In this document: piece by piece, positions 55,201 through 64,000 of the stretch
How the letters are laid out: every line of letters begins with the position of its first letter
Numbering within the stretch: position 1 is the stretch's first letter
Source of the DNA: Staphylococcus phage S6
Strand: one strand, 5' to 3'
Sequence record: LC680885.1
Length of the DNA stretch: 64,000 bases
The notes under the pieces: generated by a model
Database searches by the model: none
Told to the model about the DNA's origin: nothing
What the model saw: only the letters and a program-made list of their open reading frames with translations
Position numbers and translations under genes: made by a program

Positions 55201-58200
55201 AGAAGTGTATTTATATCTAAATTTTTTATTACCAACATTAGTTATTGTATCGCTACCAATAGACATACCTGGATCTACTACACTATCATATATTCTGAAA
55301 ACATCTCCACGTTCCATTTGTAAGTCAAATGATATAGAAATTTCATCTCCGACTTTTACTTTATTCAATAACTCATCAATATAAATTCTCCATAAATATT
55401 GATAAGATCCATTTGAATTATCTTCAAAGCCTTTATTCCAAGATAAACTGTTTTCTAATAAGTTTCTTGCACCAATCTGTATATTATTAATATTTTCATT
55501 AACTCTATTTTCTACTGCAGTAACTTGTGATGTAATTTGATTTGGTAATTGTTGGATACTAGAAGTATTAGCAGCAATTTTACCATCCATCTCATCTTGT
55601 TTACTAACAATACTAGTAATCTTATCAGTTTCTACTTTTAATTCACTGTATTGATTTGTAGTTTTAGTATCTAATGTCGTAATAGAAGAAGCGTTAAGTG
55701 TAATATCTTTCTCAGTTTGAGTTATACGAGTTTCATTTTTAGCAAATCTACTTCTATAATCTTCTGGCGATACGTCCCAAGAAGAAGCCACATTACCTTC
55801 TTCTAATTGAATATGACCTACATAAGTATCCTTAGTTGTATTATCAGCAGTAAACTGAATTTTAAGGAAATTATTAGTTTTAGAATTGAATCTCAACTCA
55901 TAACGAGTAGGAGTTGTTGTCAATGTCTTAGCAGATTCAGTCATAGTAATAAGATAATCTTTAGGAGAAACTTCAGTAGTTAAACTTGAAGCTTTCGTAA
56001 TAGGTGTTTTAATTACTGGAGACGCAGCTGCTGAATAAGCATCATAGCTTAATACATAATTCGTATTAGGTTTAACTGCAACTATTTGAGATACTTCGGA
56101 TAAATTTGTTCTAGTATTAGCATAAGTTATACTATTATTAACTTTTTTAGTAATACTAGCTAAGAAAGGTAAATCAAATTTTTCAGTTCCAGCAAGCATG
56201 TTCTTAGTACCAATTTTAACTTTTCCCGATATAGCTTCAGTACTAGTCTCAGTTGTTACTCTTTGATCTATTCTACCAATTTCAGCAGTAATATTTGTAT
56301 TTAAATTTGATACAGTTTCATTAACGCTAGTTTTAGTGGCATAATCTTTAGAAATATCTTGTTTAATAGAATCAGCTGTAGTAGTAATGCTAGCCTGTAA
56401 AGTTTGTTTAGTGTCATTAATAGCAGATTGTCTATCTGTAACTTCTTGAGTTATTTTATCATTAGCTACTTTTAATTCACCAGTTAAATCACTGATATTG
56501 CCTTCATTTTTAGTAACTTTATCAGCAGTAATAGTATAGCTATCATTAAGTTGGGTTACTTTAGTTGACAAATCAGAATAATTTTCATCACTTCTATCTA
56601 TTCTAGAAACTAATGATGTGATATTATCAGTGGCTACTTTTAAACTACCTTCTAAATTAGTGACATTTTCTTGAGTGACTTTTTGTTCTTCAGAAATAGC
56701 TTTAATTTCTCCAGCAACTGTTTCTAATCTAGATGATATATCTCTGACAACTTTATCATCTAAATCTTCTATTTTCTTAGATACTTCTTGACGAATCATA
56801 TCTACTGTTTGACTGACTTCAGAGAAACCTTCGACTACCTGTTTACGATAATCATCCATTTCTTTTTTAGTCATCATAGTGGCTACTAATTCATTAGTGT
56901 CAATTACAGTTTTCTTAACAGATTCTAATCCAGTGACATCGTACATTTCTAAATTAGTAACCCAGAATTTAGGTTCATCAGAACCATCTTCAAATTCTGT
57001 TACATCTGAATCTTCAGATTGGTTTACCTTAAAGTATAATGTCATATAGAAAGCACCGTATAAGAAACCATTAGTACCTCTAACATTTTCTTTAGTAATT
57101 AAACCTTGACGGTGATACCAACCATTAAATTCTTCAGGATCGTCATCTTCTTCTGTATTAGGAATATCTTCATCTTTAATTAAAGACCATTCAACATTAC
57201 TATCAGTGAATGTTCCTGAAACTTTAGTTCCGGCAGGGAAACCTCCATCTTCAGAATCGTAATTAATTAAATCAAAAGGTCTATTTAAATAGATACAATT
57301 GTTTTCTCTATCAATAGCTCCAAAATCCCAACCGTTCATGAATACATTTCTAGAATAAGTTGATTCTCCATAATTATAACCATCATTACTCTTGAAATTC
57401 CAAATAACTAATGAATGATTATCATTATAATCTACTAAATTAGGATTAATATTTTTATTAACTATTCCTGCATTTGATACATTATAATTATTAGTCATAT
57501 TCTTAATAGCTTCTTCTTCATCTACCGGAGTTGAATTAGTTTCAACTGGTTCTTCAGATTCAGACATAGGGAGATCAGGTTCTGTAGTTTTATCTTCTTC
57601 AGGAGTATCATCTGCATATATTACACTATCTTCTTCTTCATCAGGTAATGCATTAGGATCATCTATAGAAAGAATATCATCTGCATCACTAGGTAATATA
57701 ACTGATCCATCTCTATCATAATCATAAACAGGAGTATCATCTTCTTCATCTAACGGTGCAGATTGGAATCTGTAAGTATCATCAAGACCATCAAGACTAT
57801 TGAAATAAATAACTTTATCTCCTTGTCTTAATTCTTGAGCTAATTCAATTACAGGTTTTTCACTACCCATTACATGTTGAGATTCTATTAACTGTCCGTC
57901 TTTATCATAACTTAAATGACCTATAGAAGAAGGAAGAGAATTATTATTCTTCATAAACATAGAAAGTTTATATGTCTTCTCTGGATTAATAGGTATTAAT
58001 CTTTCAGAAGAAATAGTAGAGTTAAATCCTTCCATTCTAAATGAAGCTGCTGATTGGAAGGCATCTGAATTATCGTAATACATTCCAGGAAAGTTTGATT
58101 CATCTCCTTGATCTGCATTACCATTAAAAATTAAGTTATCTCCACGAGAATCCATGTAGTAATTAAATTCTTGTTGTGATACTTCTAATTCTTGACCTAA

Positions 58201-60204
58201 ATCTTCTCTAACACTATTAGCTTCAGCCATAGCTTTATCTATATCTTTAGATTTTTGATCTAACTCTTCTTGTTGTTTTTCTAACTCTGTTTTAGTATTC
58301 TCTAAATTAACTTTGGATTCAGCAATTTCATCTTTAGTTTTTTGAATCTGTTCTTGAATAAGGTCAAACATATCTTGTTTATCTATAGTGCCATCTATTA
58401 AACCAGATTCAGAATTAAGCGGTAAACCTAATACACTTGATAGATTTTCTTTTAATTGATTTAAATTTTCTTTTAATCCTCTATCGGAATCATTAAGGTC
58501 ATTTTCAATTCTGTTAACTTTAACTCTCATTAATTCTAAAGAAGTTTTTACTTCATTAATATCTTCAGTTACATTGATATTTCCTGTTAATTTTTGAGTT
58601 TTACTATCATAAGACAATCCTAAAACTCTTCCAATTTCAGAAAATACAGTATCTTTAATACCATGAGAATATTCATTTTGAAGTTTATTCATTTCTAAGT
58701 TAATAGCTTCATTAGATAATTCAATAATACTTTTAGTACTATTAACTACAGAATAGAATCCTACAAACGATTTATTAATATCTTTCATTAATGCTTCATT
58801 TTGATCAGCTCTATTAAGTTTATTGACTTCAGATTTTATTTTATCAAAGTCATTATTAATTTCTTTAATTTTATCTCTAACCTGAATTTTAATTGCATCT
58901 TCTTTAAGATAAGCTGAATCAAATATAGATTTTAATTGGTTAACAACTTGATCTTTTTGAGATTTAATTAAACCAAAATCAGAAATAATAGCATCAAAGT
59001 TAAGTTCTTTATTTGATTGCAATACACTTGATCCATCTGTACTGCTATTGTTACCATTACTAATATCATTAATATAATTTTTAAATGATTCTAATTGTTT
59101 ATTAACTAGAGATTCAACTAATTTAACATCATTACTTTTAGAAGTTGTACTGTCTTTAATAAAGATATTATCATTAGCATATTTAGTATAATTCTCTAAC
59201 ATTTCAGGTTTATAAACTTCATTAGAATCTTTATACTTAGCAAAGAAGTTAAATTTCTCTATATTGTAATCGAATAAACTTCTCTCTAATTTATATATTT
59301 GAAAACCTGCTGTTAACTCAGGTTTAATATTTTTATAATTGATGAATATTTGACTTGATATAAATTTATTATAATGACAGTTAGTCCAGTTTCTTAGCAC
59401 TAAACCAGTCATTTTTAAATCTATAGCATTCAAAGAACTGTCATTAAGGTATTTAGAAGCAATTTCTTCCATTTCATCTCTAGTTTTTCCTTTAACTTCC
59501 ATAGTGTCAAATATATAATTTTCATCTTTAATAAATCTAGCTTGATTTAATGAGTCTTTAACAGTAATAGATTCATTATTGTCATTATACATGATTAAGC
59601 CAGTTTTAATATTTGATTTATCCACATTAAATTCAAAACCAGGAATTCTACCAGAAACTTCTTTAGGATTAGATTTTCTTAAATCTTTACCTTTATTAAT
59701 TATTAAAGTTCTTTCATTTGTATTAATATCATACTTATGTCTAATAGATAAATCTTTTTCAAATAAAATATCTAATAATTTTTCAAATACAGATTTATTA
59801 TTTTTAGATAAAGTAATTTCTTCATCAACAACCAAATCATTATATTCAATATTATATCCTGTATTCAATAATAGAGTACTTAATACTGATTTTAATTGCC
59901 CTTTTAATTCTTCATTAGAATTCATAAAGACATTATTTAAATCTTTTACATAAGCAGGAATTAATGAAGATTTTAAACCATTTTCTTCAATACAAACAAA
60001 TTCAGAATCATTCTTACTTTCATCTTTAATAATTATATGTGTATTTTCTGAAATATAGTTTTTACTTTTGAATTCAATATTAATAATTTCAGTTTTCTTA
60101 CTAAAATCATATACTAATTTCTCACTAGAAATTACATTTTCAAAAGTTTCTGCAACTAATTTACCTTCAATTCTTTTACGTTCTTTATCTAGAATACTAA
60201 TCAA
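52216..60204 (-). CDS. giant modular virion/tail protein (2662 aa): N-terminal hub-like region, coiled coils, acidic linker, five or more repeated beta-sandwich-like modules
   Basis: Uninterrupted 7989-nt ORF. Coiled-coil tracts at about aa 400-700 and 1100-1500. Acidic D/E/P linker at about aa 800-900. Modules begin IGxxNLL and end [IV]KxEKGNKxTDW[ST]PAPED, seen as NVASSWDVSPEDY, NKATDWSPAPEDV, NKSTDWTPAPEDI, NYPKNPRFSIASEDD and NQLKPWTPSALDKY. Confidence 0.6.
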   Translation of the reverse strand: MISILDKERKRIEGKLVAETFENVISSEKLVYDFSKKTEIINIEFKSKNYISENTHIIIKDESKNDSEFVCIEENGLKSSLIPAYVKDLNNVFMNSNEELKGQLKSVLSTLLLNTGYNIEYNDLVVDEEITLSKNNKSVFEKLLDILFEKDLSIRHKYDINTNERTLIINKGKDLRKSNPKEVSGRIPGFEFNVDKSNIKTGLIMYNDNNESITVKDSLNQARFIKDENYIFDTMEVKGKTRDEMEEIASKYLNDSSLNAIDLKMTGLVLRNWTNCHYNKFISSQIFINYKNIKPELTAGFQIYKLERSLFDYNIEKFNFFAKYKDSNEVYKPEMLENYTKYANDNIFIKDSTTSKSNDVKLVESLVNKQLESFKNYINDISNGNNSSTDGSSVLQSNKELNFDAIISDFGLIKSQKDQVVNQLKSIFDSAYLKEDAIKIQVRDKIKEINNDFDKIKSEVNKLNRADQNEALMKDINKSFVGFYSVVNSTKSIIELSNEAINLEMNKLQNEYSHGIKDTVFSEIGRVLGLSYDSKTQKLTGNINVTEDINEVKTSLELMRVKVNRIENDLNDSDRGLKENLNQLKENLSSVLGLPLNSESGLIDGTIDKQDMFDLIQEQIQKTKDEIAESKVNLENTKTELEKQQEELDQKSKDIDKAMAEANSVREDLGQELEVSQQEFNYYMDSRGDNLIFNGNADQGDESNFPGMYYDNSDAFQSAASFRMEGFNSTISSERLIPINPEKTYKLSMFMKNNNSLPSSIGHLSYDKDGQLIESQHVMGSEKPVIELAQELRQGDKVIYFNSLDGLDDTYRFQSAPLDEEDDTPVYDYDRDGSVILPSDADDILSIDDPNALPDEEEDSVIYADDTPEEDKTTEPDLPMSESEEPVETNSTPVDEEEAIKNMTNNYNVSNAGIVNKNINPNLVDYNDNHSLVIWNFKSNDGYNYGESTYSRNVFMNGWDFGAIDRENNCIYLNRPFDLINYDSEDGGFPAGTKVSGTFTDSNVEWSLIKDEDIPNTEEDDDPEEFNGWYHRQGLITKENVRGTNGFLYGAFYMTLYFKVNQSEDSDVTEFEDGSDEPKFWVTNLEMYDVTGLESVKKTVIDTNELVATMMTKKEMDDYRKQVVEGFSEVSQTVDMIRQEVSKKIEDLDDKVVRDISSRLETVAGEIKAISEEQKVTQENVTNLEGSLKVATDNITSLVSRIDRSDENYSDLSTKVTQLNDSYTITADKVTKNEGNISDLTGELKVANDKITQEVTDRQSAINDTKQTLQASITTTADSIKQDISKDYATKTSVNETVSNLNTNITAEIGRIDQRVTTETSTEAISGKVKIGTKNMLAGTEKFDLPFLASITKKVNNSITYANTRTNLSEVSQIVAVKPNTNYVLSYDAYSAAASPVIKTPITKASSLTTEVSPKDYLITMTESAKTLTTTPTRYELRFNSKTNNFLKIQFTADNTTKDTYVGHIQLEEGNVASSWDVSPEDYRSRFAKNETRITQTEKDITLNASSITTLDTKTTNQYSELKVETDKITSIVSKQDEMDGKIAANTSSIQQLPNQITSQVTAVENRVNENINNIQIGARNLLENSLSWNKGFEDNSNGSYQYLWRIYIDELLNKVKVGDEISISFDLQMERGDVFRIYDSVVDPGMSIGSDTITNVGNKKFRYKYTSKITKTSGTNTRWAIYAYNNNNGDKFSIENIKIEKGNKATDWSPAPEDVNSQINDIRIGGRNLVLDSKNNKYVNHTLYGKPYNLSLDWIVDETYTVTIKGNTNNKDHYFSAYIDDGYTNLCNLTYDSKKGLWIGTGVAKQSSRNLSKLLTIYDMPKDGNYLSTIEWIKLEKGNKSTDWTPAPEDIETSISTVSSKIDQKADSIELSVNKINNYLNADNALINSDLRNGWEGWKTNDDDTSNNLNFADKIDSPYWTYTFSGSTESNPTDTTTNYRDYLSIISNSNEGWKQWQTSNIDYKDADGSLKLSKIKPGTYTFSFDVRKSLETTKGSITVSLRVNKSSSSINPLSYTISAENDINDDWSTFQTTFNLTSSDLSGMTQLRLIIASVSPYSDGKFYFKNIRLDEGNYPKNPRFSIASEDDMTFNTDNNLALGSVYRVNNVSRGTYKRMTLPLNGYLKKNTKYKVAFDYNIQSGKNSEGLISLYPYRYPYKGSGYSTDLDTLPEISSVNRIDYPVSTTKRNVIEITTPNEDKINQLLFYAAKAGTTDNADITASFENITVIESKDSNDDTSFDINKVKDVFKYKHNNFGTTWPAVMSSYLPVGQEGQFSIGDEVTGSVYIYIPATARKFLTYKIYFEVATYENIQQTTNPKFGVVEIPASEFIFDKWVRYSFTAKIPRNSSNGRTNYLRFLLRYNNYDKTDAYNDGTVFYYALPKLEKGNQLKPWTPSALDKYSTSSLSSKITMNSESIKMISSSIDLNTDKVKIYNNKGNLSFTNDVLRISKSALDTDNFVEINSTGLNIRKNGVDQMVEGMFLSETNFMPTMPGVRTWNWVSGSAHATNEKNFRPIVLDDTRAGTYNIYRDIYKYGYDNAQLDESSGKDKATLNVFSYHHNRRYLKFVYRATVTEGNNLYITFSDGMGWKTNSDIKMHKEIGVTGSSKVDTSTRIATIDLGVPDNFNKYLLIQLSITGSTGSAQLGQISIVRMSLSNFESDVR

Positions 60205-60258
60205 ATTTAATTCACCATCCTTTCATTTAATTGATATTAATGTGTTCCATGTCAATAA

Positions 60259-60681
60259 TTAATAGTCTTCTAATTGTTCAGCTAGCGTATCAATAATAGC
60301 AGCTTTTTTCCCTGATAGTTGAGTTTCCATATTATCAATAATATTTAATAAAATAGATTTATCTCTAACAGTAATAACTGCTTTTTCTTCATCAATAGCT
60401 AATATATCTTCTTTAGCATTTGGGAATTCACTTACATTAAGAATAATACTTTCTGGATCTTTAGGGTCTTTAACAATATTACCATTTTCATCTTTTTTAG
60501 AAAATTCGTCAACCATATCTTTTCTATCTTTAGCATATTCTTCATAAGATTCTTTAAGTTGATTAATGAATTTAGTTCTATGTCTAGATTTATTACCATT
60601 AAGTGGAATATTGAATAACACATCATATACAGTTTGTAAATCTTCATTTTTAATTGTAACTTGTTCAATTGTTTCTACCAT
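60259..60681 (-). CDS. hypothetical protein
   Basis: 140-aa ORF upstream of the giant gene. Confidence 0.45.
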   Translation of the reverse strand: MVETIEQVTIKNEDLQTVYDVLFNIPLNGNKSRHRTKFINQLKESYEEYAKDRKDMVDEFSKKDENGNIVKDPKDPESIILNVSEFPNAKEDILAIDEEKAVITVRDKSILLNIIDNMETQLSGKKAAIIDTLAEQLEDY

Positions 60682-60798
60682 TTTTAGAAAACTCCTTTTA
60701 AATTGATATTTATAATATAAATTAAGTTATTATGGCATTTTAAAAAATTACTCAACATTTTATTTATTATGAAACTAATAGAAAGTGGGTAGAAATAT

Positions 60799-62061
60799 AT
60801 GCCTCATTTAGGAAAAGAAAATGGTTATTCCATGTGTACTGCATCACCTTCATTATCTAGTGTTATATCAGGTGTACAATCATTCATGTGGACATATTTT
60901 AAATCAATGTTCCCTAGTAATTTTTTTGCTTCAACTTATGTAAATACTTCTCTTAATTCAAATTCACTAAAAGATATGAAGGAACGTAAAAAAGGTTTTC
61001 CTCATTTATCAATGAATACACAATTTGAATTGGGTGATGGTTTTATGTCAGGTTTACCTATGTGGCATAAGACTGATAGATTTGTAATGAAAAATCTTAA
61101 AAGAAATTATAGATTAATATTTGAAGATGATACGAGAGGAATTAGAATATATACTGTTCCTCAAAGATATAAGATAGTATTTAATTACGGTATACTATTA
61201 CAAACAGAAATGAGTGCTTGGAACGTTCTTAATCACATTAATCAAACATTTGAAAATGGTGGTTATAATTATGCTAATGAAATAAGAATACCAACAAAAT
61301 TACCAGAAATATTTATTGTTAATATATGTAAAAAATTAGGTCTAGATATTAATAACAATAAAGATAGAATGCAATTAAATGATTATATGATGACAAATGG
61401 TTTAGGTCCAATTACTAATAAAAAAGATTTATCTACAGGTAAAGAAAAGTATACTTATGATTATACTACTAATATATTATTAAATTATCCTGATTTAACT
61501 AATTATGAAAAAGAAGTAACTAATCTAATAAATAAATCAGCTTCAGTTAGATATGCGATATCTGCTGAATTATGGGTACCTGGTAGTTATATATTAGAAA
61601 TTGAAGATGATTTCAATATTCAAAGAGAAATTGATTCACTTTCAGATGATGTTTTACAATTCGACATTGCTATTTTACAAGATATGATTCCTAAGGAAAA
61701 TGAAAGAGGAATGAAATTATTATTAGAAAGAAACTTTAATACTGAAATGAATGTTAAATTTGATTCAACTCAGATTGAAGAAATATTAGATAAAGATGTT
61801 ATAAATTCAATTAAAGAACTTAATAAGATTAATGGGGACATTCAAAAAATCGTAGAATTCAAATTGTTTAAAAATAATAAACCTATGAGTAAAGATGAAT
61901 ATTTCGTTGATTATGATACATTTGAATTAATTGTAAAAGAACCTGAAGATAATAAAGTTCATACGCTTGTAATGTATGCAGATACACGTAAGATTAATAT
62001 GATAAATGAATTAATAAATCAAGGAAGAAAAAAAGATTTATACAAAATGGACATATTTTAG
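60799..62061 (+). CDS. hypothetical protein (plus-strand island inside the structural block)
   Basis: 420-aa ORF with AAAGTGGG ribosome binding site. Confidence 0.45.
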   Translation: MPHLGKENGYSMCTASPSLSSVISGVQSFMWTYFKSMFPSNFFASTYVNTSLNSNSLKDMKERKKGFPHLSMNTQFELGDGFMSGLPMWHKTDRFVMKNLKRNYRLIFEDDTRGIRIYTVPQRYKIVFNYGILLQTEMSAWNVLNHINQTFENGGYNYANEIRIPTKLPEIFIVNICKKLGLDINNNKDRMQLNDYMMTNGLGPITNKKDLSTGKEKYTYDYTTNILLNYPDLTNYEKEVTNLINKSASVRYAISAELWVPGSYILEIEDDFNIQREIDSLSDDVLQFDIAILQDMIPKENERGMKLLLERNFNTEMNVKFDSTQIEEILDKDVINSIKELNKINGDIQKIVEFKLFKNNKPMSKDEYFVDYDTFELIVKEPEDNKVHTLVMYADTRKINMINELINQGRKKDLYKMDIF

Positions 62062-62081
62062 AAAAAAAAATCAAAATATTA

Positions 62082-62128
62082 GAGGTAACTATCAAATTAA
62101 TGATAGTTACCTCAATTTTATTATTTTA
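62082..62128. terminator. bidirectional terminator (GAGGTAA...TTACCTC hairpin)
   Basis: Stem GAGGTAACTATCA / TGATAGTTACCTC with a 6-nt loop, followed by AATTTTATTATTTTA. It lies between convergent genes. Confidence 0.6.
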
Positions 62129-62927
62129 CATTAGTTCTATATTCAAGAATAGTTTTTACTAAAAGCATATTAGCATTTAATTCTTTAGAAGTTCCTTCAG
62201 CTTCTTCAGCTTTAAGTTTACCTACTTGCTCTAAAGACATCATTTCCATTGGATTAATATTTTTAGGAATTTTACCGGAATTAAGTTTAATAACTTCACT
62301 AGCTTGCATAGCTTTAATAGATTCATTTAAAAATTCATTAATGACTGAATCTGAAAAGCTTTTAATAACTTTGTTATCTTCTTTTTTAGTGATATCATTA
62401 CCTTTAATTAAGTCTGCTCTGTTATAATATACGAATAAATCAATATAAGTTACTAAGATTATATTGTATATTTCTTGGAAGTTTAAATTGGTACCCATAT
62501 TCTCATCAGTATAATTCAACATTAATGCAAATACTCTTTCACTAATATTACTTTGTCCTTCTGGAAGAAATTCATCAAAACCTACACTTCTAGACATTGA
62601 TAAGAAGTCCATAATATTTCTTGCAAAGTTTTCTTCACTGTTTAATTCATTTTCATCAGTAAAGAATTTAACAAAATCAGAATATGATAAACCAGTAATA
62701 TCATCTGATTTTCTTCTAATCATTTTCATACTATAAAAATCTCTAAATGTTTTACTATCTCCAGTTGAACCTAATTTATCTTCTAAGATTTCTAATTCTT
62801 TTCTGTTAGATTCTTCTTTCATTTCTTTCATTAATACATTTGAAACATCCTCGTTAATTCTTTCTAAATCATTGTTAAATAATTCAATTGCTTGGTTTAA
62901 TTCTTCCATTATCCATTTCATCTCCAT
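62121..62927 (-). CDS. hypothetical acidic protein
   Basis: 268-aa ORF. Confidence 0.45.
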   Translation of the reverse strand: MEMKWIMEELNQAIELFNNDLERINEDVSNVLMKEMKEESNRKELEILEDKLGSTGDSKTFRDFYSMKMIRRKSDDITGLSYSDFVKFFTDENELNSEENFARNIMDFLSMSRSVGFDEFLPEGQSNISERVFALMLNYTDENMGTNLNFQEIYNIILVTYIDLFVYYNRADLIKGNDITKKEDNKVIKSFSDSVINEFLNESIKAMQASEVIKLNSGKIPKNINPMEMMSLEQVGKLKAEEAEGTSKELNANMLLVKTILEYRTNVK

Positions 62928-63008
62928 TTATAAAAATTATTTAAGATTATTTAATTACCATTAATCTCATTTATATAATATATATTTAAATAATGTTTAT
63001 AATTTTAT

Positions 63009-63662
63009 TTATATATCTGAAGCTTCTAATAATTCATTATACTGTTCTATTTGATGATCTAACATGTAATCTTTATAATACGAAACAAATTCATTTACTT
63101 TACCAAATATTGAAGATAATGGAATGATAATTTTACCTGCATGAGCTAATTGATGATTTGTTTTGGATAGTAATACTAAACCTACTTTATTATCGAAATG
63201 TAATTTCATAACTCTTTCTGCTATATCTATTGATGTAAATTGTTCATCTTCCATTATAGCTCTATTAACCACTATTTCTACAATCTCATATAATGTAAAA
63301 GGAAAGTGATGATATTCCATTGTAACCATGTCTTCTGTTAAATTTGACATTGTTATATCATTTTTTAGATTGTATTCTTCTTTTAATATTGATAAATACT
63401 TTTTATATTCATTTGATCTTCTTACTAATCCTTCTACATTCTTAATAAATTTCTTTAAACTATTTTCTGATTCTATTTCAAAGTATAAACTTGATATTTG
63501 AAATTTACTTTTTTTATTTACTAATGTTGTATTATTATTTGAATCTTTCTTGATTAATATATTATTAATTCTATTATTTTTATTTAGTTTAACTTTACTA
63601 CTTGAAAATTTCTTATTATTAAATTTTATATCTACATTTTTATTACTACTCATTTTATTCAA
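63009..63662 (-). CDS. hypothetical protein
   Basis: 217-aa ORF with a basic N-terminus. Confidence 0.45.
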   Translation of the reverse strand: MNKMSSNKNVDIKFNNKKFSSSKVKLNKNNRINNILIKKDSNNNTTLVNKKSKFQISSLYFEIESENSLKKFIKNVEGLVRRSNEYKKYLSILKEEYNLKNDITMSNLTEDMVTMEYHHFPFTLYEIVEIVVNRAIMEDEQFTSIDIAERVMKLHFDNKVGLVLLSKTNHQLAHAGKIIIPLSSIFGKVNEFVSYYKDYMLDHQIEQYNELLEASDI

Positions 63663-64000
63663 TTCCTTTTTATTAATTAAAAATTAATTAATTTATTATA
63701 TTTATATTCTTTATTTATTAAAAATTCTTTAATTAAAAATATATTTATTAAAAATTTATTAATAATATTTATATTAATTAAAATTTAATAATTAAAAATA
63801 AATAAACTACCCCCTAAATCCCCCTTCTTGTAAAACAAATTCCAAACTATATATTAAATTATTAGCTCAGAAAATTAAAAATTTTTACTAAATAATATAT
63901 CTGTTACAAAATGTATTAATCTAATACAGATATATTAATATTAAAAAACTAAAAATTTGAATTAATATATTTATATTTAAATATAAATATATTAATTCTT
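63663..64000. repeat. AT-rich low-complexity region with iterated TTATTAAAAAT-like units and palindromes
   Basis: At least 338 nt without an ORF. Repeated ATTAAAAAT and TTATTAAAAATT units. Inverted repeat AATATATCTGT...ACAGATATATT at 63896-63935. Perfect 34-bp palindrome TTAATATATTTATATTTAAATATAAATATATTAA at 63962-63995. Confidence 0.5.

Noticed and set aside
55048-55384. Plus-strand ORFs inside the 2662-aa minus-strand gene
   Set aside because: Embedded in a long uninterrupted coding sequence on the opposite strand. No ribosome binding site.
1-64000. tRNA, rRNA or integrase search
   Set aside because: No GC-rich cloverleaf-capable segments of 70-90 nt. No rRNA-like conserved stretches. No tyrosine or serine recombinase motifs recognised. 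Content looks like a virulent phage rather than a prophage.

Overview
This 64-kb window is very AT-rich (roughly 25% GC) and densely packed with genes. No rRNA, tRNA, CRISPR array or integrase was found. The content fits a large virulent (jumbo-like) phage of a low-GC Gram-positive host, judged from Staphylococcus/Bacillus-type lipoprotein signal peptides, frequent TTG/GTG starts and GGAG-type ribosome binding sites. Positions 1-44.6 kb are almost entirely plus-strand and carry early, middle and replication functions. These include a processive GT2 polysaccharide synthase, a RecA-family recombinase, a LigA-type NAD-dependent DNA ligase, a DnaG-like primase, a P-loop kinase, one minus-strand HU/TF1-like DNA-binding protein, and fragments of a split non-canonical multisubunit RNA polymerase (beta C-terminal part, and an adjacent beta N-terminal plus beta-prime N-terminal pair). 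Many small membrane peptides and two lipoproteins are also present. Positions 44.7-63.7 kb are mostly minus-strand and look structural and lytic: a 2662-aa modular tail/adhesin giant, a 998-aa fibre, and a holin-like protein with adjacent membrane proteins. The strongest candidate for something undescribed is an expanded family of at least 15 divergent small proteins in two tandem arrays plus singletons. All members end in a conserved (E/K)EYKxx[IV]VKxxFK tail, and most begin with MKYY..G..hL.LD. The window also holds several families of conserved non-coding elements: TATATATTATAA followed by a hairpin (11 or more copies), a CTAGCTTTTTT-N13-TGnTATAAT promoter pair, a duplicated 630-bp cassette with TTTCTATGATCCA motifs, and a conserved GGAGnTGAATTGGATATG initiation context. 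Assignments rest on motif-level reading only; no database search was possible.
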